Shown here: positions 35,647-47,458 of the stretch, in pieces
How the letters are laid out: every line of letters begins with the position of its first letter
How positions within the stretch are numbered: position 1 is the stretch's first letter
Source: Octopus bimaculoides
Lineage: Eukaryota
NCBI RefSeq assembly: GCF_001194135.2
Contig: NC_068982.1
Location: 90,949,830-91,013,829 of the forward strand
Reading direction: 5' to 3'
DNA length: 64,000 nt
Notes under the pieces: generated by a model
Told to the model about the DNA's origin: nothing
The model's database searches: none
What the model saw: the letters and a program-made list of their open reading frames with translations, nothing else
Translations under genes and position numbers: made by a program

Positions 35647-36654
35647 GCAAGACGCAACGAAAATTTTAGAAAAAGAAAAAAACAAGAAGTGGGGATTTTA
35701 CCGGTGAGTGTGTTGAATTATAAGGCACCAAAAGAGAATGACTCTCCCCAGACACAACAGAATAACATAACTACTTTTTATTGAATGCAACCAAATTTCT
35801 TATGAATAAATCAATCAAGAAAACTTATTATAAATAAACTAGGTCAAATAACTACAGAATAAAGTACAAAGATAATTTTTTAAAGAAATACTAAAATCGT
35901 AACGCTTAATATACACAATAGCAAAGCGTCCTCGTCGTGACTCGTGTTAGAAATTTTTTGCGAAAAGTTTTTTCCTTTTTTTCTTTTTCAGTTCTTTTAT
36001 CTTTCAAAAGATTTTCACGTCTCACAATGAACTGTCCCAGATTCCCAACCCTCTTGTTGTTTGGATGATCTGAAAAATAGTGGAAGTTTTATATACACAC
36101 ACTAGAAAACAAAAAGAAAACAAATCCACGTGATACTCCAGTATAATCCGTCCAGTGTAAACGTTTAAACCTGTTTTGTTGCTGTTAAGATTTCAACAAG
36201 CAATAAGTACGCTACAAGTTTACCTTAATGTACCACTTTGCACATTGTGCTGGTGTGGTGAGTGTCATAGAATAGATGCTAAGGTTCTGAATAGATCGAT
36301 TGTACGACCAAACGTTGCTACCTAGTTTTATAAACTTCATTTACTTTATAGATACTCTTATGGGAGGTAACTATCTCATGTACTCCGACTCAACTATTGT
36401 GTGATGTCAGTAGGACAGCTTAACCCATTGATAAACATCTTTCATCAAGTTAATTCAAAACAGTTGACACGACTACCTGAGTGCGTGGGATAAATATTGT
36501 TTTTTTCTTTATTTTTATTACTAGTTTTGTATTTCTTGTTTTCGTTGTTGCTGATACTGCCGATCGTGTTTTTCTTGTCGTCATTGTTGTTGTTGATATA
36601 ATTACCAACGTTGCATTTCTTGCTGTTACTAGTTTCGTAGTTATTGTTGTTGTT

Positions 36655-36772
36655 ACATTTTCTTATTTCTTTATTGCCCGCAAGGGGCTAAACATAGAGG
36701 GGGACAAACAAAGGAATTAAGTCGATTACATCGACCCCAATGCGTAACTGGTACTTTATTTATCGACCCTGA
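36655..36772 (-). mobile_element. SINE family A central domain with an alternative 3' tail
   Basis: Shares GTCGATTACATCGACCCC...ACTGGTACTT...TTATCGACCC but ends in CCCCTCTATGTTTAGCCCCTTGCGGGCAATAAAGAAA. Confidence 0.7.
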
Positions 36773-36794
36773 ATTAATAGTTGTCGCTGCAATT

Positions 36795-36975
36795 ACTGTT
36801 TAACCCTTGTTCAACCCTGATCCAACAGACATGTTATAAAAGACTTTTTTTCTGTGACCATCCTTCAGTTTTCTGCTTTTTCTTTCTTTGGATATGGTAT
36901 ATCTACGACTACATTATCCAATCGATAAAGTGGAATAGGAGGAAGTTTTGGGTTGCTATATCTTGTAAGTCGAAT
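36795..36975 (-). mobile_element. Repeat family E copy
   Basis: TTTAACCC...CAACCCTGATCCAACAGAC...GTGACCATCC...GGTATATCTACGACTACATTATCCAAT. Confidence 0.6.
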
Positions 36976-38931
36976 AGAGAATCCTTTGCCGAATCGTTAT
37001 TGTGGTTATTGTTGTTGTTATATTCCCGATAAAACGGTTGCCGTGTTTTATCCAAAATACAAGACACGGTCTTCTCTGAAGAATGAAAACAGTGAGTTGT
37101 GACATTATTTCCTTCTTCGATGACATTAGCTACGCAAGGGAACTGAAATGTCATTAACCGAATATTGAGACCGCAACACAGCCCTAGATGGGCTTAATAT
37201 TCACTTGTTACTTTTCTCTCCTTTCCACAACATTCGTGATGTTAATCTTTATTTTTCTTGTTAAAACAAATTTTAAAATGTTCAAGCATGTGAGTAAGTA
37301 CACATACACCCACGCACGCATGAGTGTGTGTGTGTATGTGTGTGCGTTCCTATGTATTTGGGTGTCTTTTATGTAAGCGTATATACGTTTTGCGAGGGTT
37401 TTTTTAAGAAAAAATTTCTATCTTCATTAGAAAAAAAAGAAAAGGTCCAACACAACCGCATCACCGAAAACGAAATCTTTATTTTCGCTTTTGCGACATT
37501 CTTAGCAAACACTAGTTCTTCACTTTGAACCTTCCTTAACTACAGTGGAAGTTCTTAAAAGTATTCTGCCAGAATAAGACTTAATGGGTGAGCTATACCA
37601 GCCATTTCAAACAATTAAATTTGCCTCCATCGTAGCACATTATGATTGGTTTATAGAGGAGAATTTGATGTTTTCATTGGTCATATGCATCACTTCCCTG
37701 ATAACCTTCTTCTCTGAGGACATGACAACTTAGTTTTGTTCATAATCACAAGACGCAATCACTGCACATTCCGACTAAATAATCTTCGACCTCACCCTCT
37801 CTATCCTCGGACAACACGCTGACAAAACGTACACGGTCGTTGCAATGCTAAGTCTCACAATCTTTGATACGTATCGTTTTCTTCGTGATTTCATATTTAT
37901 AACATTACAAAAGTTGCATACTAAAGAGCAGCCTTCCTCTTCAGAGTCATAAGATCAATTGGAAAACTCAAGATACAATTTACTTGCATAGGCATGAGGA
38001 TGACATCCAAAAGAAAGACCTTAGACTGACTAGCAAAGACTCCTCCACAAATACATTAACTCCAAAGATTCTCTCTATATATCTTCCTCTCTCTCTCTCT
38101 CTCTCTCTCTGTATATATGTACACACACACACATGTATATATATATTCTCATTCTGTCACTACTATGGTTTATGTTCTTCATAATTAGTTAGTTGCATAC
38201 CGCCTCCATCAAAGCCTTCCTCTAACACCTGTCCCTCTTCCTCTCGACACCATATCTGTGCCTTATTCTACAGGTTCTACACTGACTATTCCCAGTCCTT
38301 TCAACGCTAAATCCTAGTCCTATGAAATCCGCTTCCCCGCCCCACCGCCCTCTTACAGGAGTTAAAATTGCCCATTGACTTCTTCAATTTCAACAACCTG
38401 GAGAGCTTGTGAAGGTGTTAAGCATTGTGTCTTCTTTGTGAGTAAAGTATTTTTTTAAATATTCGTTCAAAAAATGATGTGGTACTAAAGGCAGCCGATA
38501 AAGGTCCTTTAATCTTCCGATAAGTCACTAGTTTGATCTTATCATCAGTACCACGTTCTCTTTCTGACCAAAGCATTTTAATATTCAAGTCGAGTAGCTG
38601 TTTCCAGTAGTTATGACCTAACACTGAGGGCAATGACTAATTTAGGACAGTACTTCTCTCTGGTCTCACTTGCTCTTGATAGGCTTATTCACCCTTTGAC
38701 TAGACGCTACACTATGACTTGAAGAATTTCCTGTGGATTACTCGAATTAAGCATGGAACTCAAGTTGCCTAATCTCCCGTCGCTTATAGTGTTTCTACTG
38801 AAGTGAGTTAAACAACATTGTGTAATCTATTAAGGACTAGTGGGTGTTGTTAATTTAAGACTTTAAACGTCTTGGTTATAATTACATCCTAGTTGCTACA
38901 AAACTCTAGATCAAAGAACTCCTCTGCAATT

Positions 38932-39035
38932 CCTGATCATTATATGTACTTAATCACAAACCTGATCATTATATGTACTTAATCACAAACCTGATCATTA
39001 TACGCTAGCACAAACCTGATCATTACACGCCAGCA
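38932..39035. repeat. Short minisatellite: two identical 29-bp units plus two shorter diverged units
   Basis: CCTGATCATTATATGTACTTAATCACAAA x2, then CCTGATCATTATACGCTAGCACAAA and CCTGATCATTACACGCCAGCA. Confidence 0.9.
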
Positions 39036-39686
39036 TTAAACCACTAGTTTATTGACGAGAGGCTGATTCAATACCTGTCACCTAAAAGAAAATGACGTAG
39101 GTTACGAAAAGCAAAATATCCCTTCGAAGAATTCAAATTCTGGTCATAAATGTGAGAGACTGAAATACTGAACGACAGCTAATTCAGCCCTTGATGTCTG
39201 CGCCACTGGTTCCCTTTCATACAAGATATAGTTGGTTGGTGACGATCTGAGGTAGGCTTCAATGCAGTCTCCCCATCTGTTAGCATTGCTAACAAATCCT
39301 CACCAAACCAATCTCTATCATCTGAAAAAGGACAAGTAGATTGGAACTCGAATTTATTGTAATATTACGTCTGAAAATAGGTGTTTGCCATGACTGGAAC
39401 ACTAGTTTGAACGATAGATGCTAACTCATTACGAAATTGTAGAATATCAGTAGTACTGTACTTGTAGGTTGCATATTTATGGGTTGATCAACACCTGCAT
39501 GCCGTAAATATGTTTGTGCATTACTGATTAGGATACACATTAACAGCAGCTAGTCATGTAATAACAGATAAGATCCCAGCAAAAACCGAGTTCACAGACC
39601 TGTTTTGATTACCAGTTTTGAGTTAAGTCATTTCACACACTGCGTTAATTCCTTTGGGAAATTTGCAAGTGTCATTTCTTCTACTG

Positions 39687-39747
39687 TACATTTATGGCCT
39701 TGTACTTAAGTCTAAAATCAATAGAGTGATACAAGGCCATAAATGTA
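39687..39747. repeat. Perfect 18-bp inverted repeat with 25-nt spacer
   Basis: TACATTTATGGCCTTGTA (39687-39704) / TACAAGGCCATAAATGTA (39730-39747). Confidence 0.92.
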
Positions 39748-40584
39748 TCGGGAAAGAAGTGGCACTTGCAATAGTCATGTTTTATTGAAAGAAATTACTG
39801 GAGTATGTGAAGTAAATTAGCTTAAACCGGGTATCAAAACTGGTTGTTATTTTTCTTGCTTCCTGTTTTGTTTTTGTTTCGTACATAAACATGAAATCAA
39901 TAGAGTGACAAGTCAACGAGTGATTTTTCTGTATATTAAATAAAGAATATATTAGATAATGTCGTCCTGCATACTCGTTAAAAGACATCTGGCAAAGACT
40001 TTGATCATAGATCTATCCACTATATAAGTATTCACCTGTGCTAAATGATAGCAACAATCAATAGATTTGTTTTGGCTAGAGACAAAGGTTTTACATTTTG
40101 CTGAAAGATAACAAGAGAATCGACACATTTCATGCTTTTGCCAAATATCTTAAAAATTTAAGTGAGCTGAAATTACTTCCAATAAGAATTGAAACCGAAT
40201 AGCAATCTCGACTTGCTATGTAGTTGCCATCTACTCTTCAACTTTTGTAATTAGAAATCAATATTCTCATTCATTGAAATGCTAGGGGTGTCCTCAACAA
40301 AATATTTCTATTTATTTAATTGTATTCTTTTCTGTTTTGTGTTCAAATCCTCCCACTGCCAGTTTCGATCTTTCCATAGTTCTCATTCAACAAAATGAAT
40401 ATCAGTCAAGTCCTGAAACTGTCTAATTGATTCGGGAAGGAAAATTAAGATAACAGGCAAAGTTTTAGAACAGACTATATATTTTAAAGTGACTATTCTC
40501 TTATTCATACGATATGGTTTCGAATTCTATCTTGACTGAATGTAACCTTATTCCATTCGTTGTCTATGCAATAACAACCAATAC

Positions 40585-40780
40585 ATATTTGTTTCAAGTT
40601 TTGGCACAAGGCCTGAAAGTTTGTGAGTGGAGACTAATCGATTATATCGACCCCAGTTAACTGGTACTTATTTTATCAACCCTGAAAGTATGAAGGGCGA
40701 AGTCGACCTTGCCGGAATTTGAACTCGGCACGTAAAGTCGGAAGACATGCCGCTAAGCACTTTTGCCAGCTGGGCGACTT
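40585..40780 (-). mobile_element. SINE family A
   Basis: TTTTGGCACAAGGCC...ATCGACCCCAG..AACTGGTACTTATTTTATC...GGAATTTGAACTC. Confidence 0.85.
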
Positions 40781-41905
40781 TTAACCATTGAATATTCTGA
40801 AATCGATTTAATAGTCTACACTTTCTCCACTATACAATTACGGTGCAAGCATGACCTTCTAACCAAGAAGTTAGCTTTGTAATTATGTGGCTCTGATTTC
40901 AATCCCACTGCGTGGCACCTTAACAACTTTATTTCAGCTGCTTTCCTTGTGGGTGATAATGGATAGATGGAAACTGTGTGGAAGATGGTGTGTCGTGGTT
41001 TCTCTTCTTAGCTCATCACTAGTCTCGGAAACCATATAAAGGTCATGGACGCTGTCTTTTTTCATTTGACTCAGCCACAAAAATGATCTTATACTTAAAG
41101 AAGAAACTAATATATTAATCGGACCGTTCTGTTTATTGTAGGCATTACTCCATGTAGAGATTTGAAGTGAACTTGTATCAACGCAACCTAACAAAGCACT
41201 TTATAGTCATACATTATTCGCTCCACATTACTTCAATGTACTTCAATAAGATACTCCTAAACAACTAGGTTAAGGAAGCAAGGGATAATTAAACATCTTT
41301 ACAAGGAACACAGTGGAATGCCATTGATAGAATACGAACTGTTAACTATTACATTCAAACAGTAACAACTAATGATTTGGCCATCTGTTATCATAAATGC
41401 ATTTAGTAAAATTTATGTAAGTTTCCTGTTTGGAGAAAAAACTTGCTGTGATATGACATTATAGTAGAATGTCTCGAGTTTCACCAAGCAATATCTTCGA
41501 AAGTAATGGTTGTGGGAAGCCACAGATGATAAAATAGTTAATAACTTCCATTTATTGTGGTTCCTGTTTAACTTTAAGTCAGGGACTTTTCAGCAGACCT
41601 ATTATCAAAAATATTCTAACCGTAAAAATTCCGCCCTTTTTCAACATTAGGAGATGCATTGCCCAGTGTATCTTTTTATATTTAAGATAGTAGGGTGTGG
41701 TTTGAAAGAGCTTTAGCAATATGCACACAGTGCAAGGAATTTAGAATGATGTTAGTCTGTGATATAGGTTTGATGCTAAGTTATGTTATTTCAATTCCTT
41801 TATTCTCTGTCCTGATAAAGAACGTGCATTCTTTACTAAGGAACAATATTTAGCTAAATTACAAATCAGCATAGCCACTTTGGTCTGATTTGTAGTCACT
41901 TATAT

Positions 41906-42360
41906 TGGTTTCAAATTTTGGCACAAGGCTAGAAAGTTCGGAGTATTGGTGGGTGGGAAGTCGTTTACATCGACACCTGTCTTCTACTGGTACTTATTTT
42001 CTCGACCTCGAAAGTATGAAAGGCAAAGTCAACGTTGACGAAATTTGTACTCAAAACGTACAGGTGGACGAAATGCCGCTAAGCACTTTGCCTGGCGTCC
42101 TAACGTTTCTGCCAGCTTGCATCTTTGTAACCACTTATATTCATTTCGAATTTTGGCACAAGGCCAGCAACTTGGGGAGGAGATAAATTGATTACATTGG
42201 ACCCCAGTGTTCAACTGGTACATATTTTATCGATCCCAAAATGATGAAAGGCAAAGTCGACTTCGACGGGATTTGAACCCAGAACGTAAAAGCGGATGAA
42301 ATACTACTAAGCATTTTTGCCTGGCGCGGTAACGATGATTGTGCTAGCTTGCCACCTTAA
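41906..42360 (-). mobile_element. Two head-to-tail SINE family A copies separated and flanked by copies of one 15-bp target
   Basis: TGTAGTCACTTATAT at 41891-41905 and 42361-42375; TGTAACCACTTATAT at 42126-42140. Confidence 0.9.
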
Positions 42361-42504
42361 TGTAGTCACTTATATCGAAAAGATGTTTGTATTTAACTTA
42401 CAAAACGCTGAGTAGGATTTCAATCAAAAAGACTAAATTTCTAAGCCATTCAGCAGCAATTTTAGAAATTTTTATGGTTATCTAAATAACGTTTATAGTA
42501 CCTA

Positions 42505-42720
42505 GGCCACTGGGAAGCCTCTTCGATTTCTCTCGACATGGTAGAAATAGCAATCAAATCCCTTAAATCTCACTATAACGTTTTTAACAAAGAGGATATT
42601 GCATAAGTTAATCTTAGATTCGCAATGTCGGAAAGAAAAGATGATATACTGACAGCCAGTACATTCTGATCATAGGTCTGCTCAATCAGGGCTGGCTTGA
42701 GGTTAAACAACAACTAAAAA
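42505..42720 (+). mobile_element. Repeat family E, near-complete copy
   Basis: GAAGCCTCT...CTCGAC.TGGTAGAAATAGCAATCAAATCCCT.AAATC...TGATCATAGGTCTGCTCAATCAGGGCTGGCTTGAGGTTAAACAACAAC. Confidence 0.7.
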
Positions 42721-43016
42721 TGGTTTACTAATTGAATGACACTATGTTGTCTTTAGAGCCAACATATTTACTTTTAATTTAGTTAATCTCTTTGTAGATT
42801 GTACTTAATATATTTTGTTGATTATGACGGTAATGGTGATGATCATTATCATAACGATGATGATCATTATCACAATGATAGCATTGAGGATTTTGTTTTA
42901 CATGGCATTTTTAAGTAGTTAGCCAACCAGATATCCTCTCCAAGTGGCAAAACATACATATATCTTACTTCATTGGAGCAAACTTTGAAAACCCTGTTCC
43001 TAAATAATAGAACATA

Positions 43017-43218
43017 TGAGGGGGTATTGAAAATTTCCTGGCTTTGAGTAAAATAAAATATAGGAAGATCAGTAATTATGATTTTATTCAACATATTCCC
43101 TCTTAGATTCACACACTTATCACAGCAGTCCTTCAGTTTTTCCGTAAAAGAACTCGGAAGGTTGGGCTTCCAAAAAGGCCTTTCACGATATCCTTGAAGC
43201 CAGGAAATTTTCACTCAC
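43017..43218. mobile_element. Mariner-derived MITE (~200 bp)
   Basis: TA followed by TGAGGGGGTATTGAAAATTTCCTGGCTT; right end AAGCCAGGAAATTTTCA is a perfect 17-bp inverted match. Confidence 0.75.
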
Positions 43219-45589
43219 TTGGCAAATTTTCATCAAATTGCATACTCTTGTACACTTTGGACAATATAGTATCGAATAGGACACGATTCCAGTCGTATAC
43301 TAACCGAAACTAGATCTGCTCGATCAGAATTGACCTGAACTAAGGAATCACAGTGCTTCGACTTTTTTACAGCAGTATACTGAAACTCCCCATAGTTGTT
43401 TGCAACTAGGGTAACTGCTTTATTTGATTATAAAATGATACAGAAAACAGCCAATTATACTTCCTCTTGTACTAAACATTTCAGCGGAAAGCAGTTTAAT
43501 GTTGCCGAGATTTTAGTCTTCTTAATAGCTCTTTATTACATCATCTTAGTATACGAGAAAACCATAGCCAGTAATTAAGCATATGTTAATGTCGATGTTG
43601 CTGCTATTATTTCTACCGGGGAGGGCTGGATGTGAGAACAACTAGTATTGTAGGCTAATTTATAACGGTTAGTTCAGGACACCCTGAGAAAAAATGAGAC
43701 TGAATAGCGGAACCAAAAAGAAGCCAGAATCTTAATAGCTCGTATTCGTTCTAATTTTTGTTTAAGTTCTGGTTTGATATTTTAGAAGATTAAATTAACT
43801 TCCCGTGTTTTATTATTTTAACCCTGGGGTTTTTTAAATTACCATTTCCAATCTTGTTATTAAGCTGTATTTGCTCATATTATTGTTATGTGATGCTAAA
43901 CAAATAGCTTATAATACTACACACTTTTGTTCAGAAACAGACCGGTATGTCCCAAATTCTACTTTCCACTCTTCTCTCAAAACCAGTATAGTTGAGTAAC
44001 TATTGATTTATGTTCTTGGTCTATAACAGTAGTGAAGCTGGGAAATTGTAGATGTTTGGTGCTTGGCTCTACATTTGATCGGCAATGGTAAAACCAGGAC
44101 TCAGGATTCTGGCGAAACCACTGATGGTTTATATCGGCATCAAGCCAAGAGAATTTGTTGGCTGCTAATGTTTTTAATCGCTGTGATTAGTAGAAAAGGC
44201 TGACGTCTCAGTTAAGGACTTCCGACGTAGTGTGCACAAGTAATGTCCAGCGACCGTACTAAATATCTAAATTTTAAAAAAGTGAAAAATATACAATATC
44301 AGCGTTATTAAAACGTATAGGAAAGGTAACGATGACAACTTTTCGAGCAAGATCTTTTATTAATATACAAAAGATATAAATAATAAAGACTTAAACTAAA
44401 TCTCCTGTTTTATTCTTCTCGCGGATATTCATTCTGTAAATAATCCGAATGCATATAACAAAAGAAAATCAGAGGGGAAATGTTTAATACATGACTGGAA
44501 GTTCAATATATATGAATTTATATGAAGTTCTACGCGGTTGTTAACTGTTATGCTGTCTCATTCGATTCGAAATAGCAATTTTACAATACAAAAATTTTAC
44601 AATGCATGCATGCATACATACATACATACATACATACATACAAAAAAGGGGGAGAAAATGGTACACATGTATCGCCAATGGTTACATTTGGATGACACTT
44701 GTGGACTTCATTTTTCACATTTTCTCTCATGATTTCAAATTTTTTTCTCTATCTTGATTAAAAAGCCGTGTTCGAAATGTCGATACCTTTTCCATACAGA
44801 CTTATTTTATTCTATTCTTGTTTAACATAATCTAGATAGTTGGATTATTCTGGTCGACACAGATCCCTAACTAGATTTCTCGGATTCTGGATATCAAAAT
44901 ATTTGAGAAGTTTATCTGCTGATTTTCTTTTAATCCATTTTTACTTATATACGCTATGATTATGATTGTTGCTGTTGTTTTATGTTGTTGTTCCGCCCTA
45001 AGCAGTCTTGATCGAGCAGAAATATAATCAAAGTGTTCTGTCTGTGCTCTTCAGTTCGTTTTGTTTATCAAGAACTACATTGACTAATATCTTGTTCATC
45101 TTTTAGTAATACAGGCACTATTTAAGGAAGGTTTGCGTGCTATTTCTGTCAGACCGAAGATGCCCTCTAGTTAACTCTTTGTTGCTGAGTTTATTAAAAC
45201 AATGGCAGAACAAACAGAATGCCAGAAAACATTACTTTTAGCATTTTGTTACATCCATTTACATTCAAAGTTCAAATTCCACAAACGTTGACATTAACCT
45301 CCATCTTTCGAAAGGTGATTAAGTACCAGACAAGTACTGAACTTGAAGTAATCTCTCTCTCTCTCACTCTCTCTCTCTCTCTCTCTCTCTCCACGACACA
45401 AAAATACCACATTTTCACATTCTACATCAGATATCCTAAGAGTTGAACTTTTGTCCTCTGTCTTCATTTAGTAATATACACCAGAAATATTAATGCTACT
45501 TTCAGGTAGTTATTATTGTGACGAACGTTTAACTATAGCAGCAGAACATTTACTGATGAGAAGTTTCAATACTGAAAAAACGAGTTTAA

Positions 45590-45990
45590 TTCATTCATTC
45601 ATCCATCCATGTTCTTCTCTCACTATTACTGAGAAGTCCGTGGAGGTGGAGTCCTCGAGTACTTCTTTCATAGGGTCCTATCAGAAGAAAGAAAGCATCA
45701 TTAGAATTTTCAGCGAGATTCCCGAGCGTGACCAACACAGATTATGGATACTATCCCACCATCTCGCTCTTGGTCTACCCTTAGATCTCCTACCGGTTGG
45801 TTCGGCTTGAAGAACCCATCTTGCGATTCTGTCTTTCGACATTCTAATCCCATGTACTACCGGATCTGTGGTATATCAATACGGAGAAGTTCAGGCTTGA
45901 CCTGGAGAGACCCCACCCCTCGATCTCCGAGCTACATACTCTGTAGAATAATATTACTTCAGAAATCCTTCGGAGGAATCCCCGTACTCT
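45590..45990 (-). mobile_element. RTE-clade LINE 3' relic (Expander/Rex3-like)
   Basis: GFLRRISEV...LLRID...IRMSKDRIARWVLQAEPTGRRSKGRPRARWWDSIHNLCWSRSGI; ends in (GGAT)/(GAAT) repeats. Confidence 0.8.
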
Positions 45991-46289
45991 TCGGTCATTT
46001 AGCAGCATTTATGACCCCAGGTGAAAACCGAAATGAAGATAGTAGAGCCAAATTTATTATAACATTTGTTTTGTCTAGGACTTTAAGTTTCACCTGATAG
46101 TTTATTCATCTGGTTCAATAAAGCGTCTGGCATTTTACCGGTGATATAATGTATTTGGTTCAATCAATCACTCTTCTCTTTGAGAAATCAATAGTCTATT
46201 GGGAAAATCGAAGTATTAAAATTAGTGTTTAATTTACTGCTGGGGTGCCGTAATGTTATATATAAAGTTGGTAGGTTGTTGTTTTGTTA

Positions 46290-46490
46290 CATTTGAAGTG
46301 TTATTGTCTATCCCCAGGTTAGTTATGGTCGAGCAGCTGTGTGATTAAAGATATCTAAGCCAAGATCATCGGGTCTTCGTTTACGATATAATGTATTCAG
46401 GACTACATTATCCGGAATACATACGTCCCTTTCTCTTTGTAAGTTGAATAATGTTATTTAAAGGAGCTTTGACAGCTATTTTTAATGAGT
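46290..46490 (-). mobile_element. Repeat family E copy
   Basis: CCCCAGGT.AG...GGTCGAGCAG...CAGGACTACATTATCC...GGAGCTTTGACAGCTATTT. Confidence 0.55.
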
Positions 46491-46727
46491 GGAGTGAACA
46501 GGCTCACTCGCTGACTCAGACAAAATATTGTTGGTAGCAGTGGAATTGAAACTTCCGATATTAATATCACTAAAAATTATTGATAACATGTAATAATATT
46601 TATAGCATGGAAAATTATTGATATCACTGAAAAATATTAATAACATTCATCATTGCGGTAGCGTTGTAAGGTAGTGTCTTGTGTTGGAATTTGTGTGAAG
46701 AATGTGAAGTGTTGATATTCGTTCAAT

Positions 46728-47017
46728 GGGCGCAAGCGTGGCTGTGTGGTTGCAGCCAACGTGATTTCGGGTTCCTTGGGCTGTGAGTGAATTTAGTAAA
46801 CGGAAACTGTGTGGAAGCCCGTCATGCTTAAATATATATATTCTTTAACCAAAATAGTATTGACAGTGACTTCGAAGTTCCAATGAGCTAAGCCCCCATC
46901 GGACTGTTCGATGATGGCTTGGTTGGCTGGGAATTTTGTACTCTACAGAAGCATGCAGTGACCCTCCAAATTAATGTAAAATTGTTTTTGTCGTAACTGA
47001 ACATCACTGAACAAACA

Positions 47018-47053
<36 letters not shown>

Positions 47054-47458
47054 CAAGGCAGTGAGCTGGTAGTATCGTTCGCCCACCGGACAAAATGCTA
47101 AGCAATATTTCGTCTGTCTTTGCGTTCTGAGTTCAAATTCCGCCGGGATTGGCTTTGCCTTTCATCCTTTCGAGATCGATAAAATAAGTATAAGTTTAGC
47201 TGGGGTCGATCTAATCGACTTACCCACTTCCACGAAATTCCTATCTTTGTGACAAAATTTGAAACTAATAAATGTATGTATGTATTTGTTTGTGTTTATC
47301 CTACCATCACCACTACTTGACAACTAGTGTTAGTTTGTTTACATCCCCGTAAGATTTAACAAAATAATATTGGGATCGATCTGTTCAACTAAACACTTCA
47401 AGGCGGTGCTCCAGCATGACCGCAGCCCAATGACTGAGACAAATAAAATATAAAAGTT
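46728..47458 (+). mobile_element. SINE family B split by an insertion in its internal microsatellite
   Basis: Head GGCGCAAGCGTGGCTGTGTGG...GGAAACTG..GAAGCCCGTC at 46728-46830; 3' half CTTGACAAC...GGCGGTGCTCCAGCATGACCGCAG...GACTGAGAC at 47280-47458. Confidence 0.7.
47056..47260 (+). mobile_element. SINE family A nested inside the split family B copy
   Basis: GGCAGTGAGCTGGTAGTATCGTT...GTTCTGAGTTCAAATTCC...ACAAAATTTGAAAC. Confidence 0.88.
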
